This document shows positions 15,345 through 22,413 of a DNA stretch of 40,000 nucleotides, piece by piece. Location: the NCBI GenBank assembly GCA_050847315.1, contig CP193791.1, one strand, 5' to 3'. Under the pieces are notes generated by a model, which was given only the letters and a program-made list of their open reading frames with translations, was not told the DNA's origin and ran no database searches. Within the stretch, counting starts at the first letter, position 1, and each line of letters begins with the position of its first letter. Both the position numbers and the translations under genes were made by a program. This DNA is from Enterobacter sp. TMH.L2 (GTDB taxonomy: Bacteria > Pseudomonadota > Gammaproteobacteria > Enterobacterales > Enterobacteriaceae).

Positions 15345-16095
15345 GGGTCACCTGCCTGGTTTTGGGGTTGTCCTGACAACGCTGCAGCCAGGTCGTGATG
15401 AATTTCTTGATGCCGTTCGGCGTCTTGCGTTTCTTCGGGTTGCTTTCGAGCCAGCCGCACATGTTCCGCAGCTCCTGAGGGACATCCACCGCCGGGTAAA
15501 GCTCCCTTCGGCTTTCGAGGTAATCCAGCGTTACGTCATGCGACAGACCACCGATTAACGGCAGCGATATAAAAATTTCTTCAGGGGAAATTTCCAGGGG
15601 AGCACGGCGCTGATCACTTTCAGCGTCGGGCATATTGTTTTTAGGTTTTATATCTTTATCTGTATATGGATCTTTATTAGTTGGATTTCCGTTGCCATCC
15701 TGTTCCAACGGAGAATTAACACCCGTTGAACGGTCGTTACTTTGCCGTTCTGATTCCGTTCCTTTTTTGGCTTTTCTCGCCCTAGCAGAGGCACGACCTG
15801 CAGCCGACTTCTGCTCGAGCGAATTACGGACGCCCTCGAGATCGCGCTCAATACGATCATGTTTCCATTCGCTACCGTTATCGCTGAAAAACTCCTTCAA
15901 CGAGCTTTCAACGGAAATCCAACGGTCGTTGCTCAGCCGTGCAATTTTGGGCAGACGGCTCTTCGGTATCGCTCTCCCTGTTTGCCAGTAATTGAACATG
16001 AGCAGCAGGTATGCACCGTGCTCTTCTGTTGACAGATGCATGGTGTCCGCCAGGTAATCAGCAATGTAGAGTTGCATGTAAGGCAGCGCGGCCAT
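15127..16095 (-). CDS. DUF1376 (YdaU-like) replication initiator-type protein
   Basis: N-terminus MAALPYMQLYIADYLADTMHLSTEEHGAYLLLMFNYWQTG is the DUF1376 signature. Occupies the lambda O position upstream of P. AGGAG RBS. The last ~70 codons overlap the P-like frame. Confidence 0.8.
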   Translation of the reverse strand: MAALPYMQLYIADYLADTMHLSTEEHGAYLLLMFNYWQTGRAIPKSRLPKIARLSNDRWISVESSLKEFFSDNGSEWKHDRIERDLEGVRNSLEQKSAAGRASARARKAKKGTESERQSNDRSTGVNSPLEQDGNGNPTNKDPYTDKDIKPKNNMPDAESDQRRAPLEISPEEIFISLPLIGGLSHDVTLDYLESRRELYPAVDVPQELRNMCGWLESNPKKRKTPNGIKKFITTWLQRCQDNPKTRQVTHGQSPAGNTESIAERQLREGREQYIRERQHHGGHTGMAVVGPHDKNLQQPLDCEEWQSSLGSLGAADWRNEQ

Positions 16096-16129
16096 GGTTA
16101 CTCCTGATGCCCGAAAGAACTGGGCTTAA

Positions 16130-16152
16130 TGGTCATTGGTCAAAACTCGATT
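16130..16152 (-). repeat. Intergenic repeat copy 2 (identical 23-mer)
   Basis: TGGTCATTGGTCAAAACTCGATT. Overlaps the stop of the YdaT-like gene and lies 35 nt upstream of the DUF1376 start. Confidence 0.9.
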
Positions 16153-16705
16153 AGAAAAACTGCGGCGTCACTGCGCCTATGCTGGCAAGCAGCGGTCCTG
16201 CTACGTCCGATGGCAACATGTTGAAAAGCGCAATAGCTGCCTCTCTGATCTCTTTCTCAAGCTTCTGCAGCGGCGCGCCTAACAATTTGGCCTGGTGCGC
16301 CTCACCGCACTCTTTAATCGCTCTGGCCACCAGCTCAGCCTCAGTCATTCCAGAACGCAGCCCGTGCTTTCTGGCAATTTCCAGGGGCATGGATTCACTG
16401 ATCGCCGTGGCAAGCTGCATTACGTAAGCGGTGTATTTGTCGGAGTTAGCTTCATTTTTCAGATAACGAAAAAGATTCTGTTTGTTGATCGTTATCCCCC
16501 TGCCCCCCAGCTTTTCCCACTGTTCCGCCACCAGCCGAGCAATCTTTTCCTGAGCCTGGCCGGGCAAACTCAGTTCCCACTCATGCACGGCATCACGGAT
16601 AGCCCGATGTTTAATGCCGTCACGACGATGGCCAACATTCTGATTTTGAGTTTTCAACGAAAACCGGGGTTGTTGGTTAGGATGTTTGTAGGTTGTGAAT
16701 TGCAT
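16151..16705 (-). CDS. YdaT-like / CII-position regulatory protein (184 aa from the ATG at 16705)
   Basis: The start follows the Cro stop (TGACATG) with AGGAG upstream. QNLFRYLKNE...YVMQLATAISESMPLEIAR loosely parallels Rac YdaT (from memory). The gene order Cro-like / YdaT-like / DUF1376 mirrors Rac ydaS-ydaT-ydaU. Confidence 0.45.
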   Translation of the reverse strand: MQFTTYKHPNQQPRFSLKTQNQNVGHRRDGIKHRAIRDAVHEWELSLPGQAQEKIARLVAEQWEKLGGRGITINKQNLFRYLKNEANSDKYTAYVMQLATAISESMPLEIARKHGLRSGMTEAELVARAIKECGEAHQAKLLGAPLQKLEKEIREAAIALFNMLPSDVAGPLLASIGAVTPQFF

Positions 16706-16706
16706 G

Positions 16707-16931
16707 TCACTCCTCGCTTTGAGTTGATGCTTCAAGAGGGAAAACCGTATCAAGTGTGCAACTTGCTCCAAGGAAGTTGAGCGTATCGACAATTGCTCTA
16801 CATTCGGAGAGACCCGGCTCGCGCAGGTTGGCTTCATAATTTGATAGACGGGAGCGCCCCCAGCCGAGAGCCTCCGCAAGCTGTGTTTGCGATATCCCCA
16901 ACTTTTGGCGTTCCGAAGAAATGTTATTCAC
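16707..16931 (-). CDS. Cro-like XRE-family HTH repressor (74 aa from the GTG at 16931)
   Basis: HTH: RQKLGISQTQLAEALGWGRSRLSNYE. Divergent from the CI-like gene. GGGAGA RBS 6 nt before the GTG at 16931; the track start at 16970 lies inside the operator. Confidence 0.7.
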   Translation of the reverse strand: MNNISSERQKLGISQTQLAEALGWGRSRLSNYEANLREPGLSECRAIVDTLNFLGASCTLDTVFPLEASTQSEE

Positions 16932-16959
16932 AGGTGTTCTCCCTAGTAATTGATAGACC

Positions 16960-17032
16960 AATTTAGACACGAAACGTGTCCATAGTCAACCTCAAAACGT
17001 GATCAACCATATGCCACAAAGCGTGGTAAAAT
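16960..17032. promoter_or_regulatory. Immunity switch: PR (minus; -35 16984-16989, -10 16960-16965), PRM-like -10 TAAAAT (17027-17032) and three operator-like sites
   Basis: Perfect palindrome GACACGAAACGTGTC (16966-16980) in the PR spacer. Weaker copies ACCTCAAAACGTGAT (16989-17003) and GCCACAAAGCGTGGT (17013-17027), spaced 23-24 bp apart. The TAAAAT ends 6 nt before the cI-like ATG with no SD, implying a leaderless mRNA as at lambda PRM. Confidence 0.6.
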
Positions 17033-17038
17033 TTCATT

Positions 17039-17425
17039 ATGAAAACTATGTCCGAAATCATCGGCGAGAGACTCAAGACTCTTCGCGACAGCAAGAACTT
17101 AAGCCAAGCGCAACTTTCCAAGCTGTGCGGGTGGGCTACTGCTTCACGTGTCGGTAATTACGAACTGGGTGTGAGAAACATCGGGGTTGATGACGCGGTT
17201 ATTTTGGCAAGAGTGTTAGATACAACACCAAGCTACATCTTATTTGGCGATGAGGAGAATCGCGGGCAAGAGCTACCTGATAAGCAAAGGAAAATTCTAA
17301 AACTTTTCTCGCAACTGCCTGAGTCAGAACAAGATAAGATGATTGACCTCTTCGAGGTTCGTTTGAAAGAGATTGATGAGTACGTTGAAAAGTATCTAAA
17401 AGGCCGTTTTAAACCGGCTTCCTAA
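17039..17425 (+). CDS. CI-like prophage repressor (XRE HTH) without an S24 autocleavage domain (128 aa)
   Basis: LKTLRDSKNLSQAQLSKLCGWATASRVGNYELG HTH. Divergent from Cro. The short helical C-terminus has no Ala-Gly / Ser-Lys peptidase module. Confidence 0.8.
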   Translation: MKTMSEIIGERLKTLRDSKNLSQAQLSKLCGWATASRVGNYELGVRNIGVDDAVILARVLDTTPSYILFGDEENRGQELPDKQRKILKLFSQLPESEQDKMIDLFEVRLKEIDEYVEKYLKGRFKPAS

Positions 17426-17438
17426 CCCCTCTCCTAGC

Positions 17439-17465
17439 AAACCAGCTTCCTGCTGGTTTTCTTTT
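17439..17465 (+). terminator. Rho-independent terminator after the CI-like gene
   Basis: AAACCAGC-TTCCT-GCTGGTTT followed by TCTTTT. Confidence 0.8.
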
Positions 17466-17475
17466 ACCACAAACA

Positions 17476-17521
17476 AACACACTTCGTGTATTGACTACAA
17501 GACACAAGATGTGTCTATAAT
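17476..17521 (+). promoter_or_regulatory. pL-like promoter with operators (-35 TTGACT 17491-17496, -10 TATAAT 17516-17521)
   Basis: Palindrome GACACAAGATGTGTC (17501-17515) fills the spacer, the same architecture as PR. A second half-conserved site AACACACTTCGTGTA lies at 17476-17490. The spacer is 19 nt, which is long. Confidence 0.6.
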
Positions 17522-17670
17522 TATCCCATCAAATACACAGTCATCCAGGCAGGAAGCCCACGAAGTAGCTGCCGGCGGCATACGAAACACCGGATGAGAT
17601 GACACATTGAAATGCGCAGCAGGTAGTACCGTTCCGCCAGCCTGGCGATAAAGGCAAAGAGAGAATATTT

Positions 17671-17859
17671 ATGGCTAAGAAACAATTCACCGTCGTCATT
17701 AGCGGGGATAGCGGTTATCGCACTTACCGCGTTATGGCGGAGGACTGGAAGGACGCAGACAGGATCGCTGATGGGCAACATCGCAGATTAAATCCTGACG
17801 ATAAATCATCGGAGATTGGCGTGGCCGCCGTCATAAGAGGCTGGCCAGAGGTTTGGTAA
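17671..17859 (+). CDS. Hypothetical first gene of the early-left operon (62 aa)
   Basis: ORF ~150 nt downstream of the pL-like promoter. Not arginine-rich, so not an obvious N homologue. Confidence 0.45.
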   Translation: MAKKQFTVVISGDSGYRTYRVMAEDWKDADRIADGQHRRLNPDDKSSEIGVAAVIRGWPEVW

Positions 17860-17869
17860 GGGGAAAAGC

Positions 17870-18007
17870 ATGATTGATTTCGCACGTAAACCAGCAGCAC
17901 ACCAGGCTACTCGCCTGAATGTTTTTGAAGTGATGCTTCGTAAACTCTGTTACATCCTGGCCCAAAAGGGCAACCCGGCTGCCGACCAACAGCCTGCAGT
18001 TCGTTAA
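17870..18007 (+). CDS. Hypothetical small ORF (45 aa)
   Basis: ATG preceded by AAGGGG. MIDFARKPAAHQATRLNVFEVMLRKLCYILAQKGNPAADQQPAVR. Ends 2 nt before repeat copy 3. Below the ORF-track cutoff. Confidence 0.3.
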   Translation: MIDFARKPAAHQATRLNVFEVMLRKLCYILAQKGNPAADQQPAVR

Positions 18008-18009
18008 AC

Positions 18010-18030
18010 ATCGAGTTTTGACCAATGGCC
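18010..18030 (+). repeat. Intergenic repeat copy 3 (21 nt, one internal mismatch)
   Basis: ATCGAGTTTTGACCAATGGCC. Lies 2 nt after the 45-aa ORF stop and 24 nt upstream of the Rrf2 start. Confidence 0.85.
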
Positions 18031-18053
18031 TGCACTGGCCGAGGAATGTGATT

Positions 18054-18398
18054 ATGGAATTTGGCATGAAGCGCGTGATGGCATCCGTTCACGCAATGGC
18101 GGCACTACAGCGCATTTCAAACGGCTCGTTCGTAGCCCTGACCACGCTTAGCAAAGAGGCGAATCTTTCCACTTCTTACCTCGAGCAGATTTTCAATAAG
18201 CTGCGCGTCGGAAAGCTCGTTGTTTCTCAACGAGGCCCAGGCGGCGGTTATGCGCCCCGCGCTGGTGATATTTCAGTTTCAGAAGTCATCCGGGCAGTCA
18301 GCAAGATCCCCAATAACGATACCTTTAAACCCGTTCTGACCGCTCTGGATGGTGTGTTGCTGTCTGAGCTGGCAAAGAGTCAATCAGCAGCCCCATAA
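18054..18398 (+). CDS. Rrf2-family (IscR/NsrR-type) winged-helix regulator without cluster-ligand cysteines (114 aa)
   Basis: LSKEANLSTSYLEQIFNKLRVGKLVVSQRGPGGGYAPRAGDISVSEVIRAV matches the Rrf2 signature (S.SYLEQI..KLR.AGLV.S.RG..GGY.LAR...I...DVI.AV). GAGGAA RBS 7 nt before the ATG at 18054. Confidence 0.8.
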   Translation: MEFGMKRVMASVHAMAALQRISNGSFVALTTLSKEANLSTSYLEQIFNKLRVGKLVVSQRGPGGGYAPRAGDISVSEVIRAVSKIPNNDTFKPVLTALDGVLLSELAKSQSAAP

Positions 18399-18456
18399 AG
18401 CACAAAACCCGCGCAAGGCGGGTTAAGTACCCGGTCAGCCGACCAAAGCTTTCCGG

Positions 18457-18479
18457 AATCGAGTTTTGACCAATGACCA
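18457..18479 (+). repeat. Intergenic repeat copy 4 (perfect 23-mer)
   Basis: AATCGAGTTTTGACCAATGACCA. Lies between the Rrf2 gene and the exonuclease gene, 61 nt upstream of the ATG at 18540. Confidence 0.9.
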
Positions 18480-18539
18480 CTACCCAAAAGCGGCAATCAC
18501 TGGCTGCGGGTATCTTACATCCAAAAAAGAGGCCCCGAT

Positions 18540-20570
18540 ATGGAATTCTTTAATTTAATCAAAGCAACTCAAAAATCAGGCAAGCCTGATGCCATCCACT
18601 GGCAGACAGCAAAAACCGAAGCCCGCGCAAATCTGATGCTTGATGTAGCCCTGGAAGATGCCGGTATAGAAACCGGCCGCGGCCACGATTACAACAAGCC
18701 AGTAAGGACTGATTTCCCTGTTTTCGATGATCTTCCGGAGGAAGGCACTGTCGATTTTGAATGGTGTAAACGTTACGAGCTGGCGGAAGACGGCAGAACC
18801 TGGCAGTTGATTCAAACGGCTGCAGTTGACGACGAAGAACCAGAGGAGCTAGGTGACGCCATTGAAAGTTACAAAATGGGTCTCAGCGTCGAACTCGCTC
18901 ATTTCTGGATCGGAGGCATGTTTACAGCAACGCCAGAAGAGCGAGCGGCCGCAATCAAGGCCCAAATGGATATGGACAATAACTATCTCCAGAATGTCAT
19001 TCTGGCGATTAACTCCGTTGAGCCTCTAAAGCAGTGCCACAACCATATACGCCATAGCCTCCTTGAGGCTATCAAGATTATCTGGCCACTGGATGGAAAG
19101 ACTCCTGAGTTGTCTCACGTTCTGGCGTTCTCAAAAGAGTGGATCGACGCTCTGAATGACAATTCAGCCGGCCGCGGTAACCAGAGGGCTGACGTCATTG
19201 AAAAATGGAAGGCAAAGTCTGCGCCACAGCCTGCTGCCGTCCATTCCGTTAAAAGCGAACCGGAGAACATGATCAGGACTGATGCCGGAACCAATGCAGG
19301 TGGACAGATAAAAACTGACCGCAACCCGGATCTGGCTCCTTCCCTGGATGTTCTTGATATTGAAGTCGCAGCGGCCACCCTCCCCATGGATTTTAATATC
19401 TACGAATTTCCGGCTGGCGTTGTTCGCCGGGCGAAGGAAATTATCACCAACAAAGAAGAACCATGGAAAACATGGAGTGCCGTTCTTCGCAAATCGCCAG
19501 GCATTCTGGATTTTTCCCGCGGAGCAATTTTTGTACTTGTCCGTAACGCTCCAACTGAAGTGCTTCATTCCATCCCGGCGCTTACAAGTTATGTGGTCAA
19601 AAATCTGCTTGAGATTAAATTCATGCCGGATGACGGGAACCCAAATAGCGAAGAGCGCTGGAACGCTATTCAGCACTATTTTAAGGCCCCCGCAGCCGTT
19701 GAAGAAAGCGGCGAGAATGTTGATCAGCAGTATGCAGAAAGCAACCAGCCACCAGCCCAACTGGTAAAAGTCGGAGCCGGTGTTTTCGATGCTACAGCTC
19801 TGTTTAATGCCCCTTCTAAGGATACTGCTGCGGAGAATACAAACAATGTGCCGGTGGAAGAAGCTAACAACCATGAAACCAAAGCTGGCACTGAAGTGCT
19901 ACCAGGCGAAGCAGCAATTAACTCAACTGAAAGCCATGCTGTTGTTAATCAGGAGGCAGATACCCTGAATAACGATGCCGGCCACCATAAAGATGAAACT
20001 GAAGAGCAGCTGTTTACTCATCTCATGGTTGACCTGGAGGCATTCGGTTCAACCCCGGACGCTCCAATCGTGTCCATTGGCGCCGTGTTTTTCAATCCTA
20101 AAACCAGCGAGATGGGAAGTGAGTTTTACAAGGTCATCAGCCTGACCTCTTCCATGGGTTCTGGTGGCCTGCCAGACGCAGACACCATTCTATGGTGGAT
20201 GAAACAATCCGCTGAGGCCCGCTCTGCAATTCTGGTTGATGCCATTCCTCTTGATGATGCCCTACTCCAGTTGAACGAGTTTATCTGCGAAAACGCCGCA
20301 AATGGACCTGCCAGCGTTCAGGTATGGGGGAATGGCGCTACATACGACAATGTTTTGCTGCGCAGCTCTTACAAGCGTACCGGCATTCCTGTGCTCTGGG
20401 AGTTTTGGAACGATCGAGACGTGAGAACCATCGTCGAACTGGGCAAAGCCATTGGCATCAATCCTCGCTATGAAATCCCATTCGAAGGGGATCAACATAA
20501 TTCCCTGGCCGATGCGCGCCACCAGGCTAAATACGTTTCAGCCATCTGGCAGAAGCTGGTTAAAGACTGA
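18540..20570 (+). CDS. Large early protein with a C-terminal DEDDh (DnaQ-like) 3'-5' exonuclease domain (676 aa)
   Basis: C-terminal ~190 aa carry HLMVDLEAFG (DxE), VWGNGATYDNVLL (D) and HNSLADARH (H-x4-D). The N-terminal ~480 aa are acidic and of unknown function. Proteins of this kind are often annotated exodeoxyribonuclease VIII-like in prophages. Confidence 0.7.
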   Translation: MEFFNLIKATQKSGKPDAIHWQTAKTEARANLMLDVALEDAGIETGRGHDYNKPVRTDFPVFDDLPEEGTVDFEWCKRYELAEDGRTWQLIQTAAVDDEEPEELGDAIESYKMGLSVELAHFWIGGMFTATPEERAAAIKAQMDMDNNYLQNVILAINSVEPLKQCHNHIRHSLLEAIKIIWPLDGKTPELSHVLAFSKEWIDALNDNSAGRGNQRADVIEKWKAKSAPQPAAVHSVKSEPENMIRTDAGTNAGGQIKTDRNPDLAPSLDVLDIEVAAATLPMDFNIYEFPAGVVRRAKEIITNKEEPWKTWSAVLRKSPGILDFSRGAIFVLVRNAPTEVLHSIPALTSYVVKNLLEIKFMPDDGNPNSEERWNAIQHYFKAPAAVEESGENVDQQYAESNQPPAQLVKVGAGVFDATALFNAPSKDTAAENTNNVPVEEANNHETKAGTEVLPGEAAINSTESHAVVNQEADTLNNDAGHHKDETEEQLFTHLMVDLEAFGSTPDAPIVSIGAVFFNPKTSEMGSEFYKVISLTSSMGSGGLPDADTILWWMKQSAEARSAILVDAIPLDDALLQLNEFICENAANGPASVQVWGNGATYDNVLLRSSYKRTGIPVLWEFWNDRDVRTIVELGKAIGINPRYEIPFEGDQHNSLADARHQAKYVSAIWQKLVKD

Positions 20571-20624
20571 TTCTGCGTTTTCACAAAATGGCCCAAAGAT
20601 GGGCCATGATTCAGAGGTAAACAT

Positions 20625-20870
20625 ATGCTTCAAATGCTAACTCTCGAAGAATGGGCCGCAGAAAAATATCGGAGCAACCCTCCCGCGATGAATACACTGC
20701 GCCGCTACGCTAAACAAAATATGTTCTCTCCACCAGCGACAAAACAAGGGCGCCTGTGGCGCGTCAGGGAAGATGCAGAGATTGTTGGAGAATTGGCAAA
20801 ACCCGTAATTAGAAAGACGGACTCGCCCTTACTACAAAGGATTTTATCGGATGGCTGCCAGACCGCGTAA
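20625..20870 (+). CDS. xis: Excisionase, lambda Xis family
   Basis: MLTLEEWAAEKYRSNPPAMNTLRRYAKQNMFSPPATKQGRLWRVRED parallels lambda Xis MYLTLQEWNARQRRPRSLETVRRWVRECRIFPPPVKDGREYLFHE (from memory). Overlaps the int start by 20 nt. Confidence 0.85.
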   Translation: MLQMLTLEEWAAEKYRSNPPAMNTLRRYAKQNMFSPPATKQGRLWRVREDAEIVGELAKPVIRKTDSPLLQRILSDGCQTA

Positions 20871-21981
20871 AAATCAGGTAAAAGTGCCGAATCTTTATCC
20901 TCTCTACAGCCGTAAAGTGAATAAAGTCTACTGGCGGTATAAGCACCCTGTAACGGGTAAATTCCATGCGCTGGGCGATAACGAACAAGAGGCAATCGCA
21001 ATTGCCACCGAGGCAAACGCAAGAATTGCAGAACAAAGAACGCGGCAAATACTGGCGGTGAGTGACAGAATCGCCACCAGCAAAGGTAAAGCAATCACCG
21101 CCAATACCTGGCTCGATCGTTACTGTAGCATTCAGGATGAAAGGCTTAAGAGTGGAGATATAAGGCCGAATACCCATAAGCAAAAAGCCAAACCTATCGC
21201 GTTGCTTAGGGCACGTGTGGGTATGAAAACTATCTCAATGGTAGACGTAAGAGACATAGCTCAAATACTCGACGAGTATATTGCTGATGGCCAGGCACGT
21301 ATGGCTCAGGTCATACGCTCTGTTCTAATCGATGTATTCAAAGAAGCTCAGCACGCTGGGGAGGTTCCGCCAGGCTACAACCCCGCTCTCGCCACAAAGC
21401 AGCCGCGCCGGAGAATTACTCGTCAGCGATTAAACCTTGAAGAGTGGAAGAATATATTTGCAATCGCAGATGCAAATCACCGTTATTTGGGTAATGCAAT
21501 GTTATTGGCCATCGTCACTGGCCAGCGCCTTGGCGATATTTCCAAAATGAAATTTAGCGATATCTGGGATGATCACCTTCATGTGATCCAGGAAAAAACA
21601 GGCAGCAAGATTGCTATTCCTTTGTCTCTTCGATGTAACGCCATTGATTGGTGTCTGCGCGATGTGGTGGCCCGCTGCCGCGATTATGCGGTGAGCCCGT
21701 ACATGGTTCATTTTTTCCGGGCAACGTCCCAAGCTGAACGAGGTGCCCAGGTGAAATCCAATACGATCACAATGAACTTCAGCAAGGCTCGTGATAAAGC
21801 AGGAATAAATTGGGGAGATGGGACGCCAGCAACTTTTCATGAACAACGTTCTTTAGCAGAGCGTCTGTATGTAGCACAAGGGATCGACACTCAGAAACTA
21901 CTGGGACATAAGTCACCTAATCAGACAGCCCGATATCATGATGACCGTGGTAAGGAATGGAGTGTGATAAATAACGTATAA
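20851..21981 (+). CDS. int: Tyrosine integrase, lambda Int family
   Basis: 376 aa. N-terminal arm-binding-type region (PNLYPLYSRKVNKVYWRYKHPVTGKFHALG, compare lambda PPNLYIRNNGYYCYRDPRTGKEFGLG). C-terminal R...HxxR...Y context (TFHEQRSLAERLY...LLGHKSPNQTARYHDD). Confidence 0.92.
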   Translation: MAARPRKNQVKVPNLYPLYSRKVNKVYWRYKHPVTGKFHALGDNEQEAIAIATEANARIAEQRTRQILAVSDRIATSKGKAITANTWLDRYCSIQDERLKSGDIRPNTHKQKAKPIALLRARVGMKTISMVDVRDIAQILDEYIADGQARMAQVIRSVLIDVFKEAQHAGEVPPGYNPALATKQPRRRITRQRLNLEEWKNIFAIADANHRYLGNAMLLAIVTGQRLGDISKMKFSDIWDDHLHVIQEKTGSKIAIPLSLRCNAIDWCLRDVVARCRDYAVSPYMVHFFRATSQAERGAQVKSNTITMNFSKARDKAGINWGDGTPATFHEQRSLAERLYVAQGIDTQKLLGHKSPNQTARYHDDRGKEWSVINNV

Positions 21982-21983
21982 AA

Positions 21984-22412
21984 CTATCTTTTCAGTGATA
22001 ATAATATCACCTGAAGTACAACTGTCATGACCTGGAGAAACGTTGCTACACTGAAAGTCAATGCTAGTGAAGCTATGAAATAGGTTTTAATGTTGGAGAG
22101 GCATAGGATAGCAAGAAACAACGTTATGCCTAATTCTATAAAGCAGCAGAAATAAAAGAAATATGTTGACTTAAGATACCCAAACGCCTTGAATCTTCTG
22201 ATGTTTTCATTATCAAGTGATGTGAGTATCACGATTAGAGCAAATACTAAAGCCATCATAGCTGTTGCATATGATGCCAATGCAGAACCCAGACCATCTA
22301 AGTGGTCTACAAAATTCACTTGCGGAAATATTTTATACCGGAAAATGTACAAAGCAATCCCTATCCCGTTAGTGATAGATAGTAAAACAAGCACTGGGAT
22401 TGCTTTTTTCAT
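21984..22412 (-). CDS. rexB: RexB-like four-TM membrane protein (142 aa)
   Basis: Four hydrophobic helices. VDHLDGLGSALASYATAMMALVFALIVILTS...FGYLKSTYFFYFCCFIELGITLF aligns by eye with lambda RexB SAHRDGLGATLSSYAGTMIAILIAALTFLIGS...YGYMTSVVIVYALSFVELGALFF (from memory). Lambda RexB is 144 aa. AT-rich. Confidence 0.7.
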   Translation of the reverse strand: MKKAIPVLVLLSITNGIGIALYIFRYKIFPQVNFVDHLDGLGSALASYATAMMALVFALIVILTSLDNENIRRFKAFGYLKSTYFFYFCCFIELGITLFLAILCLSNIKTYFIASLALTFSVATFLQVMTVVLQVILLSLKR

Positions 22413-22413
22413 A

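Noticed and set aside
17521-17781. 86-aa minus-strand ORF downstream of pL
   Set aside because: It overlaps the pL -10 region and the 62-aa plus-strand gene, has no RBS, and gives a Cys/Leu-rich implausible product.
18406-18424. Hairpin AACCCGC-GCAAG-GCGGGTT after the Rrf2 gene, considered as a boxB-like nut site or a terminator
   Set aside because: It has no boxA-like element nearby and no second copy on the rightward operon. The early operons encode no arginine-rich N-like protein, and there is no T tract for intrinsic termination.
18463-18479. The TTGACC inside the 21-bp repeat, considered as a -35 element (repeat = promoter)
   Set aside because: None of the four copies has an acceptable -10 hexamer at 16-18 bp spacing. 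The downstream sequences differ completely.
19164-19874. 236-aa minus-strand ORF inside the exonuclease gene; also minus-strand ORFs 20705-21183 and 21502-21846 opposite xis/int
   Set aside because: They are antisense to genes with clear homology or motifs, with no independent support.
20587-20606. Hairpin ATGGCCCA-AAGA-TGGGCCAT between the exonuclease and xis genes, considered as a terminator/attenuator
   Set aside because: No downstream U tract. It could be an RNA-processing or stability element, but nothing in the sequence supports a specific call.
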